Source of the DNA: Heterodontus francisci
Taxonomy: Eukaryota
Direction: 5' to 3'
Assembly: GCF_036365525.1 (NCBI RefSeq)
Contig: NC_090393.1
Location: 7,347,572 to 7,411,571, forward strand
DNA length: 64,000 bases
The notes under the pieces are model-generated. The model ran no database searches. It worked only from the letters and a program-made list of their open reading frames with translations, and was not told the DNA's origin. The number at the start of each line of letters is the position of its first letter. Positions within the stretch are counted from its first letter, which is position 1. Positions 1 to 12,204 of the stretch are shown here, one piece after another. Both the position numbers and the translations under genes were made by a program.

Positions 1-94
1 CCTCCAACAGTCAGCAAAATGGCAAGCTCATCACTCAAATTGTGGCTTCAGTTTTAATCCGCCATGTACTGATGAAGTTTGTTGCTAATTTGGA

Positions 95-205
95 AAGAAA
101 GAAAGACTTGCATTTCTATAGCGCCTTTCACAACCTCAGGACAGCCCAAAGTGGTTTGCAGCCAATGATGTGCATTTGAATTGTATCACTGTTGTAATCT
201 AGGAG
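95..205 (-). mobile_element. SacSINE1-like (Deu-domain) SINE, 3' tail fragment
   Basis: gaaagacttgcatttctatagcgcctttcacaacctcagg is the reverse complement of the tail shared by about 25 copies in the window. Confidence 0.75.
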
Positions 206-796
206 AACATGAAAACATAATCCTACTTCCTGAAATGTAAAATGACACCTTTAACCCTCCCTTATACCTTTTAGCTTGCATTGACCTTAAACCTGTTTGG
301 CACATTGCAGCATCTCATCGTTACTGCAGGAAATGCAATGACAACACAAGCTGCTCATAGAATTATCAGGTAATGAGCAGCATACTGCACCCCCAGAAGC
401 TTATGTTAAATTCATGATTGGTAGTGCAGCTAATGGTGTCATTCTTAGTTGTTTAATGATGGATGAATTATTGAAAGATGTCCCCACTAGGACAGGTTGG
501 TGAACTGCTTGCATTGGGAGATGAATTAAACTAAAACTCTTACTGTGACATTTAGCTTCACTGTGGCTTTTCCGAAGCTATGTAGAAAATTGCGTACGTC
601 AGCAAAATTGGACAGAATTGCGTTGAGACAAACCGACTGCTGTCCGGATAGGAAAGCTCCTGATTTGGGACACATTTATTAATAAATGGGGAGGGGATGG
701 GGGAAATAAACTTGACTGATTTGATACTAAAGTTTTTTTTCTCTTTTGGAAATAAATTACAAAACAAAACACAGTAAAAGGGGAAGTTAATCTTAC

Positions 797-916
797 TAGA
801 GTGAACCCAACTCCTGCAGCCTCAACATCACAAGCTGCATGAGCTCCTTTCGACTGTCTTAACATATCATCCAAAAAGAATGCCATCCCCACTCCACTCC
901 CAATCACGCCAGCTAA
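797..916 (-). other. Candidate exon of an unidentified gene
   Basis: Donor gtaaga, weak acceptor (cacag or ttag), open frame LAGVIGSGVGMAFFLDDMLRQSKGAHAACDVEAAGVGFTL; no family recognised. Confidence 0.17.
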
Positions 917-1004
917 CTGTGTCTTAGATTAATCTACAGTTTCTCCACAACTCTACCCTACAGGAAGACTATTTCAAGCATTCTGACCCTTTTGTGTGAA
1001 AGAC

Positions 1005-1312
1005 TTTATATAGAGACATTCATGACCTCTAGGCATCCAAAAGTATTTCATAGAATATAAAACACATTACTTTGAAGCTTTGTACAGTGGGGAGACACAC
1101 TTACTCTTCAAATAGTGCCTCACAATTATTTATATCCACCTGAGAGGGCAGGTAGGGCCTCAGTTCAACATCTCATCTGAAAGACGTAACTTCTAACAGT
1201 GCAGCACTCCCTCAGTACTGCAGTGGGAGGGTCAGCTCAGATTCTGTGCTCAAGTCCCTAGAGTGGTGCTTGAGCCCCTGATTCATTTGCAAGAGTGCTT
1301 TCCACTGAGCCA
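1005..1312 (-). mobile_element. SacSINE1-like SINE, degraded
   Basis: Contains cagtgcagcactccctcagtactgca, Deu-like catctcatctgaaagacg and a tRNA-head remnant. Confidence 0.75.
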
Positions 1313-1429
1313 CATTCTTTCTGGTGCCTATCCTAAACTTTCCTTTCACCATTTTTAGCCTGTTCTCCTAGTCCTGCTGTCTTGGCCTACTTTGAAATTA
1401 TACTCCAGATCCATTTTATGTATCACCGT

Positions 1430-1810
1430 ATCCTGTGTTTTTGGGTGGGATGAAGAGGGGCAGGAGGAGGCTTGTGTGAAACATAAACACTGGCATGGAC
1501 TAGCTAGGCCGAAAGGCCTGTTTCTGTGCTGTAAATTCGATGTAATTTACAATGTTCTCTCTCAGTCACCTCCTTTCAAGGCTAAAGAGATCCAGTTTAT
1601 CCAGCCTTTTCTCATACTTTGATACTAGCTCACAGTTCCTCCCTCAGCCACCTCCGTGGTTTAAATGATTTCCTTGTGTCCCATAGACCTGACCTGAAGG
1701 CAGACCTCGAGAGATGGGTCTGACCAGGGCACGGTGCAGCTTCAGCGTGACATCTTCCAACTCATTTTCAACTGGCCTTGCAACCTAATCCAGCATTCCG
1801 TTGGCTTTGT
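1430..1810. mobile_element. Two CR1 LINE fragments (3' tail on +, ORF2 piece on -)
   Basis: ggccgaaaggcctgtttctgtgctgtaaa is a CR1 tail. The minus strand reads a degenerate KANGML...LKLHRALVRP typical of the CR1 ORF2 C-terminus. Confidence 0.55.
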
Positions 1811-1969
1811 TTGTTGCTGATCCATACAGATTTGGCACATTAAGTGCTGAACCAACACTATATTGTGACTGCTCAGACTATGTTGATGTTGGCTTGTCAG
1901 AGTCAATGAAATTGGGACGACCTGGATACCATTCGACACTGTAAACATCTCCAGCTTAGTAACCTTTGA

Positions 1970-2327
1970 GGGCGGCACAGTGGCGCAGTGGTTAGCACCG
2001 CAGCCTCACAGCTCCAGGGACCCGGGTTCGATTCCGGGTACTGCCTGTGTGGAGTTTGCAAGTTCTCCCTGTGTCTGCGTGGGTTTTCTCCGGGTGCTCC
2101 GGTTTCCTCCCACAAGCCAAAAGACTTGCAGGTTGATAGGTAAATTGGCCATTATAAATTGTCACTAGTATAGGTAGGTGGTAGGGAAATATAGGGACAG
2201 GTGGGGATGTTTGGTAGGAATATGGGATTAGTGTAGGATTAGTATAAATGGGTGGTTGATGTTCGGCACAGACTCGGTGGGCCGAAGGGCCTGTTTCAGT
2301 GCTGTATCTCTAATCTAATCTAATCTA
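1970..2327 (+). mobile_element. HE1-like V-SINE, full length
   Basis: tRNA head (box A tggcgcagtgg, box B ggttcgattcc), V-domain gtgggttttctccgggtgctccggtttcctcccac, CR1/HER1-derived tail ending (atcta)n. Near-identical copy at 28765. Confidence 0.9.
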
Positions 2328-2529
2328 AATTGTTGTTGTTTGCTCTGTTTTTGAAGGGCAATCTCACGAGCTTTGGGCATCCCCTGTGATGCTGGATTTG
2401 TCAAAACCTTGATCCACCCACGGCTGTTTATTGCAATTTCTCTAAATGCTGATGCCAGTTTCAGTTGGCAAGCTAACGTAATCTCTGCTGACATGTTCTC
2501 CTCTCACACTTGCAGGTCTCCTTTAGAAA

Positions 2530-2720
2530 TAAACACTTGCATTTATAATAGTGCCGCTAATGCAACAAGACATCTCAAGGTGCTTTACAGGAGCATAATC
2601 AGGTAATATTAAATATCAAGCCCCACATGGCCAAACGCTTGGTCAAAGAGGGAGGTTTTAAGGAGCTTCTTACAAGAGGAAAGGGAGTCAGAGAGGTTGG
2701 GGGAGGGAATTCCAGGGCTT
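2530..2720 (-). mobile_element. L2 LINE 3' end
   Basis: Reverse complement of the L2 tail also seen at 4850-5220. Confidence 0.6.
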
Positions 2721-3048
2721 AAGATCTTCAATCCACTTCACAGCATTCTGAAACTAACAGTGACTACTTTCCCTTGTCATTTCTTCTCTGATCTTTGCTG
2801 CTCCCAGATTATGTGAGTCAGGGGGGTGGGGGACGGGAGCAAGGAATGGGGAAGGAAAGGGTAGCATTTATTCATGATGTTCCAGGCATCATAAGGTGTG
2901 GGGCAGCTTTGATGGACAAGTTGGTCTTTTCCTATTCGTCAGTTGTATGTTCAGAACCTAGAACCTTCTGACTCAGAGACAAGAGTGTTCCCGGCGAAAC
3001 CAAGCTGCAGCAATGCACAGCAATGCCTCCCTTATAAAGCCCCTCAAA

Positions 3049-3614
3049 CAGGAACAGGAGGGCAGGAACAGGAGGGCAGGAACAGGAGGGCAGGAGCAGG
3101 AGGGCAGGAGCAGGAGGGCAGGTGCAGGAGGGCAGGAACAGGAGGGCAGGAGCAGGAGGGCAGGAGTAGGAGGGCAGGAACAGGAGGGCAGGAGCAGGAG
3201 GGCAGGAACAGGAGGGCAGGAGCAGGAGGGCAGGAACAGGAGGGCAGGAACAGGAGGGCAGGAACAGAAGGGCAGGAACAGGAGGGCAGGAACAGGAGGG
3301 CAGGAGCAGGAGGGCAGGAGCAGGAGGGCAGGACCAGGAGGGCAGGATCAGGAGGGCAGGAACAGGAGGGCAGGTGCATGAGGGCAGGAACAGGAGGGCA
3401 GGAGCAGGAGGGCAGGAGCAGGAGGGCAGGAACAGGAGGGCAGGTGCATGAGGGCAGGAACAGGAGGGCAGGAGCAGGAGGGCAGGAGCAGGAGGGCAGG
3501 AACAGGAGGGCAGGAACAGGAGGGCAGGAGCAGGAGGGCAGGAACAGGAGGGCAGGAGCAGGAGGGCAGGAACAGGAGGGCAGGAACAGGAGGGCAGGAG
3601 CAGGAGGGCAGGAA
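3049..3614 (+). repeat. 14-bp purine-rich minisatellite (CAGGARCAGGAGGG), about 40 copies
   Basis: Directly visible tandem array; explains the repetitive ORFs at 2932-3701. Confidence 0.97.
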
Positions 3615-3729
3615 GCCACATTATTCCCCATTGTGATTGCATTTCCCTCCATGCTTGTTCATAAAATTTCCCTGCAGTTAAAATCGCAAAACATCACATA
3701 AAGGCCAACACAGAACAGTGACACTCTAC

Positions 3730-4440
3730 ATGGCGGAGAGTCTGTCGGAGACCCTGATCTTTACTCAGGCAGGTTTGCCAAGTGTGAGGGAGGAGATCTT
3801 GTCAGGAGAAATGCCATGGAGTTTTAACCTCAGAGCATTCATGTCTTTTTAATACGTTTCCCACCTGGAAGGCAGCCTGATTGATCGGCTTGTCTCCCCG
3901 CTGGGCAGGGAATGCTCTGCTTGGTGGGTACAGTGTGGTTTACAGCAAGGATCACAATGAGACCGTCGTCAAAGATGAGGGGTCGGGAGAGTCCGTGATC
4001 ATTGGGGTTGGGGTGAGGGCTGTTCCAATCGCTGGAGAAGTTAACAGGTTAGTTTGGTGGGCAGGGTGGGCTGTGGGAGAGGGGGGTGCAGGGCGGTGGG
4101 GTCGGGGGAGCACTCCTACTCCTCCTGGCCCACAAGCAGTGCTGGAAAGTTACTTAATTCTTCCATTCAGCTGTCCTCACCTCCCTTTAGCTGCTGAGTT
4201 TCCTGATGCCTGGGAAACCCGCCAGCTAGGGTTAAACCAGGAAGGGAGATGAAATCTGAACCAGGCAGCCTCATTATAATATTTAAATGACGAAGCTGTC
4301 TGCCCGCCCCCATGACCCACCTCCCTTAAAACTGGAAGTGGGTGGGTTCAAGGCACTTTGGGGTGGGTTTGAGATCTTTTACATCTTAACTTCCCACACA
4401 CCCCAAACCATCCGTTTTTGAGGGTTAAAATGCCCCCTAT
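3730..4440. mobile_element. GC-rich non-autonomous DNA-transposon-like repeat
   Basis: Shares ctcctggcccacaagcagtgctg and ttaaaactggaagtgggtggg blocks (inverted) with 45745-46190 and 58231-58750. Confidence 0.5.
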
Positions 4441-4849
4441 TGCACCTTCCACATGCATTACTTCAGGATTAATGCAGGAAACAGTTTTTCCCTGGTAGCT
4501 GTGGAGACGCAATATGTTCCAAAGCATTTGTTTAACAGACTGGAACGGCAGGCAGGGTAGTCTTAATGTTGAACTCAGTTTGTAGGAGTGCTCTTTTTTT
4601 GCTTGTTCGAAGTGTTAGATTTTCTCATTGGCAATTTGCTGTCAGACTCCAACAGTTTAACCTGTGGACACAATGTCAGCCTGGTAAAGCCCTTATCCTG
4701 ATGGTGTCCTCAACCAGCTGTATGAAGCCAATTATCTAGCTTATTGCCCCAATTCTATTTCAAAGCAGTGGTGATAAAGACAATGAGAAGTTGAAAGTAC
4801 ATTTGTTCCATCCTTAACTACACCTGTCTCCTCCTCTTGGATTCCTGGT

Positions 4850-5220
4850 GGTGTATTCTTATCCTTCTTTTCAAATCACTCTATAGCCTCGCCCCTCCCT
4901 ATCTCTGTAACCTCCTCCAGCCCCACAACCCTCCGAGATCTCTGCACTCCTCTAATTCTAACCTCTTGCGCCTCTCCAATTTCCTTCGCTTCACCAGTGC
5001 CTTGGCCCTAAGCTCTGGAATTCCCTCCCTAAACCTCTCTAACTCTCTCTCCTCCTTTAAGAGGCTCCTTAAAACCTATCTCTTTGAACAAGCTTTTGGT
5101 CACCTGTCCTGATATCTCCTTATGTGACACGATGTCAAACTTTGTTTGATAATGTTCCTGTGAAGCACCTTGGGATGTTTTATTATGTTACAAGTGCTAT
5201 AAAAAGGCAAGTGGTTGTTG
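4850..5220 (+). mobile_element. L2 LINE 3' end
   Basis: Encodes ILLFKSLYSLAPPYLCNLL (L2 ORF2 C-terminus) and ends tgtgaagcaccttgggatgtt...gttgttg. Confidence 0.85.
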
Positions 5221-5364
5221 TTAGAAACAGTGCAGAGAAGATCCACAATGCTGCTCCCTAAAGCCAGGGGATGGAATTATGAGGAAGGACAGAAGAACTT
5301 TGCTGCCCCAAAAGCAGCCAACTAAGAGGGGTCCACGTCGAGTGCAGGATATAGTAAGTGGCAT

Positions 5365-5655
5365 AGAAAAGAATTTCCGGATTTTGTCCCAGCAATGATG
5401 AAGGAACTGGTGAGTCAGGATGGTATGTGACATGGAGAGAGATCTTGCAGGTGGTGGTGTTCCCATGCATCTGCTGCCTTTGTCCTTCTAGGTGGTAGAG
5501 GTCGCGGGTTTGGAAGGTACTGTCAAAGGAGCTTTGATGAGTTGCTGCAGTGCATCTTGTAGATGGTACACACTGCTGCCACTGTGCATTGGTGGTGGAG
5601 GGAGTGAATGTTTAAGCCAATGGATGGGCAGCCAATCGAACAGACTGCTTTGTAT
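5365..5655 (-). mobile_element. CR1-like LINE 3' fragment (family of 8210-9425)
   Basis: Near-identical to 8330-8620. Confidence 0.8.
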
Positions 5656-5784
5656 TTTCTAATAGTATCAGAGCAATATTACAGTAATAAAGCAACTTGT
5701 GACAGCTTGGGAGATTTGTGACGGAAATATTAGTGGCACAGTTTGTGACCTCAGTATTTATAGGCTATCTGGTAGTTATGGCAG

Positions 5785-6055
5785 CAATCAAAATTGGGAA
5801 TGCTCAAGAGGCCAGAGCAGGGCAGGTATCTTGGAGGGTTGTGGGGTTGGAGGAAATTACAGAGATAGGAAGGGGCAAGGCCATGGAGGACTTTGAAAAT
5901 AAGTGAGAGAATTTTAAAATCTAGGCATTTCCAATGGTGCAGCACTCCGAGTGTCAGCATTGTTTGTAATGCTCAAGTCCCTGGAGCGGGCTCGACCTCA
6001 CACTGCTCTGAGTAAGAGGTAAGTCTGCTACCCTCTGAGCCACAGCTGACACCTA
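5785..6055 (-). mobile_element. L2 fragment followed by a SacSINE1-like head fragment
   Basis: Minus-strand ORF FKILSLIFKVLHGLAPSYLCNFL; ctgagccacagctgacac is the SINE 5' end. Confidence 0.7.
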
Positions 6056-6780
6056 AACCTTGATGGTTGGTTTTGTAAAACCAAAGGTAGATTTTAAGAG
6101 TTGGTGACTTACTTGAAGAGCGTACAATACATATCATTGACAAGTCCCATGAAAAGCATTCTCTACAGGCGGGAGGTTGTTGTTGTACTGTCTAATCTTA
6201 TTCTAAACCTTCCAAAATAATGAGCCCATGATGCTTTTGTACTGTTGCAGTTGATTATGATCCATGCAGAACCAGCACAATATAATACACCACTGGCTCT
6301 AATTGTTCGAGCTCAAACCCTTCTTGATTTTCACTCATAAATTGTGAAGAATTAATTTGTCATCCAGCTCTGGTTGGCAGAAATGATCCTTCACATGCAT
6401 TTCTGTGAGCTGTCAGCCCTCTTCTCATCCCTTCTGTCTCTCTGTCAGCTGTTACTGCCATCTGCGGTCTGTGCTGTCATTTGTTAGATTACAAGCACAA
6501 AATGTCAAAGAGCTTTGCTGTCTTTGTCCTCCGATTGTCTGCCAGGATATCAGCTTATCATTCACAATCTTTGTGCACAAGGTGAGAGGTCTGTGCGTCT
6601 GACATGGAAATAATATCCTGGTGAGAATGGGTGGAAAGCCGTGCTTGTATCTTCATAGAGACTCTGTAACAGCAGGTTCCAGAGACACTCATTACTACCA
6701 TCCTCTGACTCCCAGCATGTTACTTGTTTGGCCCAGATTCATGTGCTTGATTCTTTCTAGGTCAATGCGTGAATATGTCT

Positions 6781-7631
6781 GAGGGTGTGTGTGTCTCAGT
6801 GAGTGTGAGAGTGTCTGAGTGTAGTTGTCTCAGTGAGTGTGTGTGTGTGTGTCTCAGTGAGTGTGTCTGAGTGTGTGTGTCTCAGTGAGTGTGTGTGTGT
6901 CTCAGTAAGTGTATGTGTGTGTTTCAGTGAGTGTGTGTGTGTGTGTGTCTCAGTGAGTGTGTCTGAGTGTGTGTGTCTCAGTGAGTGTGTGTGTAACTCA
7001 CTGTGAGTGTGTGTCTCAGTGAGTGTGTGCGTGTGTCTCAGTGAGTGCGTTTGTGTGTGTCTCAGTGAGTGTGTCTGAGTGTGTGTGTCTCAGTGAGTGT
7101 GTGTGTCTCAGTGAGTGTGTGTGTAACTCACTGTGAGTGTGTGTGTCTCAGTGAATGTGTGCGTGTGTCTCAGTGAGTGTGTTTGTGTCTCAGTGAGTGT
7201 ATGTGTGACTCACTGAGTGTGAGTGTGTGTGTGTCTCAGTGAGTGTATGTGTGTGTTTCAGTGAGTGTGTCTGTGTCTCAGTGAGTGTGAGTGTGTTTGT
7301 GTCTCAGTGAGTGTGTGTGTAACTCACTGTGAGTGTGTGTGTCTCAGTGAGTGTGTGCGTGTGTCTCAGTGTGTGTGTTTGTGTCTCAGTGAGTGTATGT
7401 GTGACTCACTGAGTGTGAGTGTGTGTGTGTCTCAGTGAGTGTATGTGTGTGTTTCAGTGAGTGTGTCTGTGACTCAGTGAGTGTGAGTGTGTTTGTGTCT
7501 CAGTGAGTGTGTGTGTAACTCACTGTGAGTGTGTGTGTCTCAGTGAGTGTATGTGTGTGTTTCAGTGAGTGTGTCTGTGACTCAGTGAGTGTGAGTGTGT
7601 GTGGCTCAGTGAGTGTGTGTGTATGTGAGTA
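6781..7631 (+). repeat. Complex (GT)n-based minisatellite with CTCAGTGA core
   Basis: Directly visible gtgtgtgtctcagtga units of variable length. Confidence 0.95.
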
Positions 7632-7784
7632 TGTTTGCTTTCGTTTAGTGACATAATACAACCTAAAATCTACACAGTCAATGAATCTACAACTGTAACA
7701 AATTTCCCTAATAACAACTATAACCCAAAAATTACTCTCATTTATATTAATGGACAAACTCTTAACACACTTATATGATTTCTT

Positions 7785-8070
7785 TGGCACTCCTCCAATT
7801 CTGGCCTCTTGTGCATCCCGTATTTTCTTCAACTCACCATTGGCCATGCCTTCAGCTGTCTGGAATTCCCTCCCTAACCCTCTCCACCTCTCTACCTCTC
7901 TCTCCTCCTTTAAAATGCTCCGTAAAACCTACCTCTTAGACTAAGGTAATACTCACCTCTCCTATTATCTCCTGATCTGGTTTGGAGTCAAACTTTGATT
8001 GATAATTGGTCCTGTGCCGTGTCTCAGAATGTTTTACTATATTAAGAGTGTTATATAAATTAGAGTTGCC
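7785..8070 (+). mobile_element. L2 LINE 3' end
   Basis: ctcctccaattctggcctcttg...tggaattccctccctaa, shared with the other L2 copies. Confidence 0.75.
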
Positions 8071-8209
8071 AATTATGGATGAATGTATTTTCACCTCCAA
8101 CAACCCACCTCCAGCCTCCCAACGTTTCTCGCCCAACATGTCCATCCTCGTGGTATCCTGCTGTTCCGCAGCCAATTGGAAAGAGAACAGACTGCTATCC
8201 AATTCTTTT

Positions 8210-9425
8210 GTGAGCATCACTGACAAGGCCAGCATTTATTGCCCATCCCTAATTGCCCTCGAGAACGTGGTGGTGAGCTGCCTTCTTGAACCGCTGCAGT
8301 CCTTGGGGTGTAGTTAGCGAAGTTAGGGAGGCATTCCAGGATTTTGACCCAGAGACAATGAAGGAACGGCGATATAGTTCCAAGTCAGGATGGTGTGTGG
8401 CTTGGAGGGAAACTTGCGGGTGGTGGTGTTCCCATGCATCTGCTGCCCTTGTCCTTCTAGGTGGTAGAGGTCACGGGTTTGGAAGGTGCTGTTGAAGGAG
8501 ACTTGGTGAGTTGCTGCAGTGCATCTTGTAGATGGTACACACTGCTGCCACCGTGCATCAGTGGTAAAGGGAGTGAATGTTTAAGGTGGTGGATGAGGTG
8601 CTGATCAAGCAGGCTGCTTTGTCCTGGATTGTGTCGAGCTTCTTGAGTGTTGTTGGAGCTGCACCCATCCAGGCAAGTGGAGAGTATTCCATCACACTCC
8701 TGACTTGTGCCTTGTGGACAGGCTTTGGGGAGTCAGGAGGTGAGTTACTCGCAGAATTCCCAGCCTCTGACCTGTTCTTCTAGCTACAGTAGTTATATAG
8801 CTGGTCCAGTTAAGTTTCTGGTCAATGATAACTCCCAGGATGTTGAAAGTGGGGAATTCAGCGATGGGAATGCCATTGAATGCCAAGGGACGATAGTTAG
8901 ATTCTCTCTTGTTGGAGATGGTCATTGCCTGGCATTTGTATGTCACAATTGTTACTTGCCACTTATCAGGCCAAGCCTGAATGTTGTCCATGTGGACATG
9001 GACTGCTTCAGTATCTGAGGAGTCGCGAATGGTGCTGAACATTGTGTAATAATCAGCGAACATCCCCACTTCTGACCTTATGTTGGAGGGAAGGTCATTG
9101 GTGAAGCAGCTGAAGATGGTTGGGCCTAGGACACTACCCTGAGGAACTCCTGCAGTGATGTCCTGGGGCTGAGATGGTTGGCCTCCAAAATCCACAAGCA
9201 TCTTCCTTCGTGCTAGGCATGACTCCATCTAATGGAGAGTTTTACCCCTGATTCCCATTGACTCCAGTTTTGTTCAGGCTCCTTGATGCCATACTTGGTC
9301 AAATGCTGCCTTGATGTCAAGAGCAGTCACTTTCACCTCACCTCTGGAATTCAGCTCCTTTGTCCATGTTTGGTTTAAGGCTGTAATGAGGTCAGGAGCC
9401 AAATGGTCCTGGCGGAACTCAAACT
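8210..9425 (-). mobile_element. CR1-like LINE, 5'-truncated, degraded RT
   Basis: ORF 8692-9228 has [10 protein letters not shown] and MFAD RT motifs; tail gcaataaatgctggcc. Confidence 0.9.
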
Positions 9426-9519
9426 GAGGCCTGCAAAAGACGGGGGAGCAAGTAACTTAGGAAAAAATTACACAGAAACTGAGAAGCGTTGTACTAACAT
9501 TGCGGACAGTACTCATACA

Positions 9520-9930
9520 CAGTTATACAGCTACATCGTATTTACAGCACAGGAACAGGCCATTCGGCCCAACTGCTCTATGCTGGTGTTTATGCTCCAC
9601 ACAAGCCTCCTGTCATCCTTCTCCATCTCACCCTCTCAGCATATCCTTCTATTCCTTTCTCCCTGATGTGTTTATCCAACTTCCCCTTAAATGTATCGAG
9701 ACTATTCACCCTCAACCACTCCCTGTGGTAGCGAGTTCCACATTCTCACCACTCTCTGGGTAAAGAAGTTTACCCTGAATTCCCCATTAGATTTATTAGT
9801 GACTGTCTTATATTTATGGCCCCTAGTTCTGGTTCCCCACAAACGGAAACATCTTCCCTAAGACTTCTCTATCAAATCCTTTCATAATTTTAACGACCTC
9901 TATCAGGTCACCCCTCAGTCTTCTCTTTTA
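9520..9930 (-). mobile_element. CR1 LINE 3' end
   Basis: tacagcacaggaacaggccattcggccc tail; cacattctcaccactctctgggt encodes QRVVRMW on the minus strand. Confidence 0.8.
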
Positions 9931-9974
9931 AGGAGATATTTCAGAATACACAGAATAGATACATTTCAACGAGA

Positions 9975-10920
9975 AAGAAAAATTCCAAGGGTGGGACCCA
10001 CCAACCGTGGTTAACTAAAACAGTTAAAGATAGTATCAAACTTAAAGAAAAAGCCTCAAATTGTGCAAAGATGGGAAGCAGGTCAGATTGGACCGGCTAG
10101 GCTTGTATCCGCTGGAATTTAGTAGAGTAAGAAGTGACTTGATTGAAAGATATAAGATCCTAAAGGGTCTTGACAGGGTGGATGTGGAAAGGATGATTCT
10201 CCTTGTGGGAGAATCTCAAACTAGAGGCCACTGTTTAAAAATAAGGGGTCGTCCATTTCAGACAGAGAACAAAGAACAAAGAGCAGTACAGCACAGGAAC
10301 AGGCCATTCGGCCCTCCAAGCCTGCGCCGATCTTGATGCCTGTCTAAACTAAAACCTTCTGCACTTCCGGGGTCCATATCCCTCTATTCCCATCCTAGTC
10401 ATGTATTTGTCAAGATGCCTCTTAAACGTCACTATCGTATCTGCTTCCACCACCTCCCCTGGCAGCAAGTTCCAGGCACTCACCACCCTCTGTGTAAAGA
10501 ACTTGCCTCGCACATCCCCTCTAAACTTTGCCCCTCTCACCTTAAACCTATGTCCCCTAGTAACTGACTCTTCCACCCTGGGAAAAAGCTTCTGACTAGC
10601 CACTCTGTCCATGCCGCTCATAACTTTGTAAACCTCTATCATGTCGCCCCTCCACCTCCGTCGTTCCAGTGAAAACAATCCAACGCAGAGATGAGGAGAA
10701 ATGTTTTCTCTCAGAGGGTTGAGAGTCTTTGGAACTCTCTTCCTCAAAAGGCAGTGGAAGCAGAGTCTTTGAATATTTTTAAGGCAGAGATCGATAGATT
10801 CTTGATAAGCAAAGGGGTGGAAGGTTATCGAGGGTAGGTGGAAATGTGGAATAATCAGTTCAGCCATGCACTTACTGAATGACGGAGCAGGCTCCTGCTC
10901 CTACTTTGTATGTTCGTATG
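9975..10920 (+). mobile_element. CR1 LINE fragment interrupted by another CR1 at 10269-10685
   Basis: LDRLGLYPLEFSRVRSDLIE...HCLKIRG resumes after the insert as gagatgaggagaaatgttttctctcagaggg. Confidence 0.8.
10269..10685 (-). mobile_element. CR1 LINE 3' end with 6-bp TSD
   Basis: GLFSLERRRWRGDMIEVYK...FFTQRVVSAWN; TSD cagaga at 10263-10268 and 10686-10691. Confidence 0.88.
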
Positions 10921-11082
10921 TTGTCTCAACAAAAAAAGCCCAGCCTGTTCAATCTTTCCTGATAGTTAGAACATGTCAGTTCTGGTGTCATCCCAGTAAA
11001 TCCTTTTGTCACCATCTTCAGTGCCTCTTCATCCCTTTACAATGTGGAGACCAGAACTGTTCACAGTTATTCTGGGTGTGGT

Positions 11083-12056
11083 CATCTCACACTGAAGAGT
11101 GCCTGCAGTGTCTCATCGACAGGTTTGCGGCTGCCTGCAATGAATTTGGCCTAACCATCAGCCTCAAGAAAACGAACATCATGGGGCAGGACGTCAGAAA
11201 TGCTCCATCCATCAATATTGGCGACCACGCTCTGGAAGTGGTTCAAGAGTTCACCTATCTAGGCTCAACTATCACCAGTAACCTGTCTCTAGATGCAGAA
11301 ATCAACAAGCGCATGGGAAAGGCTTCCACTGCTATGTCCAGACTGGCCAAGAGAGTGTGGGAAAATGGCGCACTGACACGGAACACAAAAGTCCGAGTGT
11401 ATCAGGCCTGTGCCTTCAGTACCTTGCTCTATGGCAGCGAGGCCTGGACAACGTATGTCAGCCAAGAGCGACGTCTCAATTCATTCCATCTTTGCTGCCT
11501 CCGGAGAATCCTTGGCATCAGGTGGCAGGACCGTATCTCCAACACAGAAGTCCTCGAGGCGGCCAACATCCCCAGCTTGTACACACTACTGAGTCAGCGG
11601 CGCTTGAGATGGCTTGGCCATGTGAGCCGCATGGAAGATGGCAGGATCCCAAAAGATACATTGTACAGCGAGCACGCCACTGGTATCAGACCCACCGGCC
11701 GTCCATGTCTCTGCTTTAAAGACGTCTGCAAACGTGACATGAAATCCTGTGACATTGATCACAAGTCGTGGGAGTCAGTTGCCAGCGTTCGCCAGAGCTG
11801 GCGGGCAGCCATAAAGACAGGGCTAAAATGTGGCGAGTCGAAGAGACTTAGCAGTTGGCAGGAAAAAAGACAGAGGCGCAAGGGAGAGCCAACTGTGCAA
11901 CAGCCCCGACAAACAAATTTCTCTGCAGCACCTGTGGAAGAGCCTGTCACTCAGGAATTGGCCTTTATAGCCACTCCAGGCGTTGCTTCACAAACCACTG
12001 ACCACCTCCAGGCGCGTATCCATTGTCTCTCGAGATAAGGAGGCCAAAGAAGAAGA
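11083..12056 (+). mobile_element. RTE-clade LINE, 5'-truncated, inserted in a minus-strand CR1 fragment (10925-11082)
   Basis: FGLTISLKKT, FTYLGSTI, LLYGSEAWT, RRLRWLGHV motifs; C-terminal CSTCGRACH zinc finger (frameshifted); tail gagataaggaggccaaagaagaaga. Confidence 0.93.
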
Positions 12057-12204
12057 GGTCTAGCCACAGTTCCATTGTCCAATAACAAAAGGTCATAAGA
12101 TGACAAAACTGATTGCTTTGTCTAAGGCTGTCTTTATGCAGCAGCTATCAAGCTTAGATCAGCAAGCACAATATCCATTCCCAGTCTCATTCATATTGCT
12201 AGAC

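Noticed and set aside
1970-2045. tRNA gene (also at 28765 and the other SINE heads)
   Set aside because: A and B boxes belong to SINE heads that continue into SINE bodies; no full cloverleaf.
2932-3701. 200-250 aa repetitive ORFs (GGQEQEGR / PSCSCPP)
   Set aside because: Translations of a stop-free 14-bp minisatellite in all frames.
6113-6162. Selenoprotein-like reading NAFHGTCQ-TGA-YVLYALQ
   Set aside because: No resemblance to a selenoprotein I know, no SECIS identified, and two other frames are open.
10866-12038. 390-aa ORF as a host or domesticated gene
   Set aside because: Truncated RTE ORF fused by chance to CR1 sequence, and frameshifted before the zinc finger.
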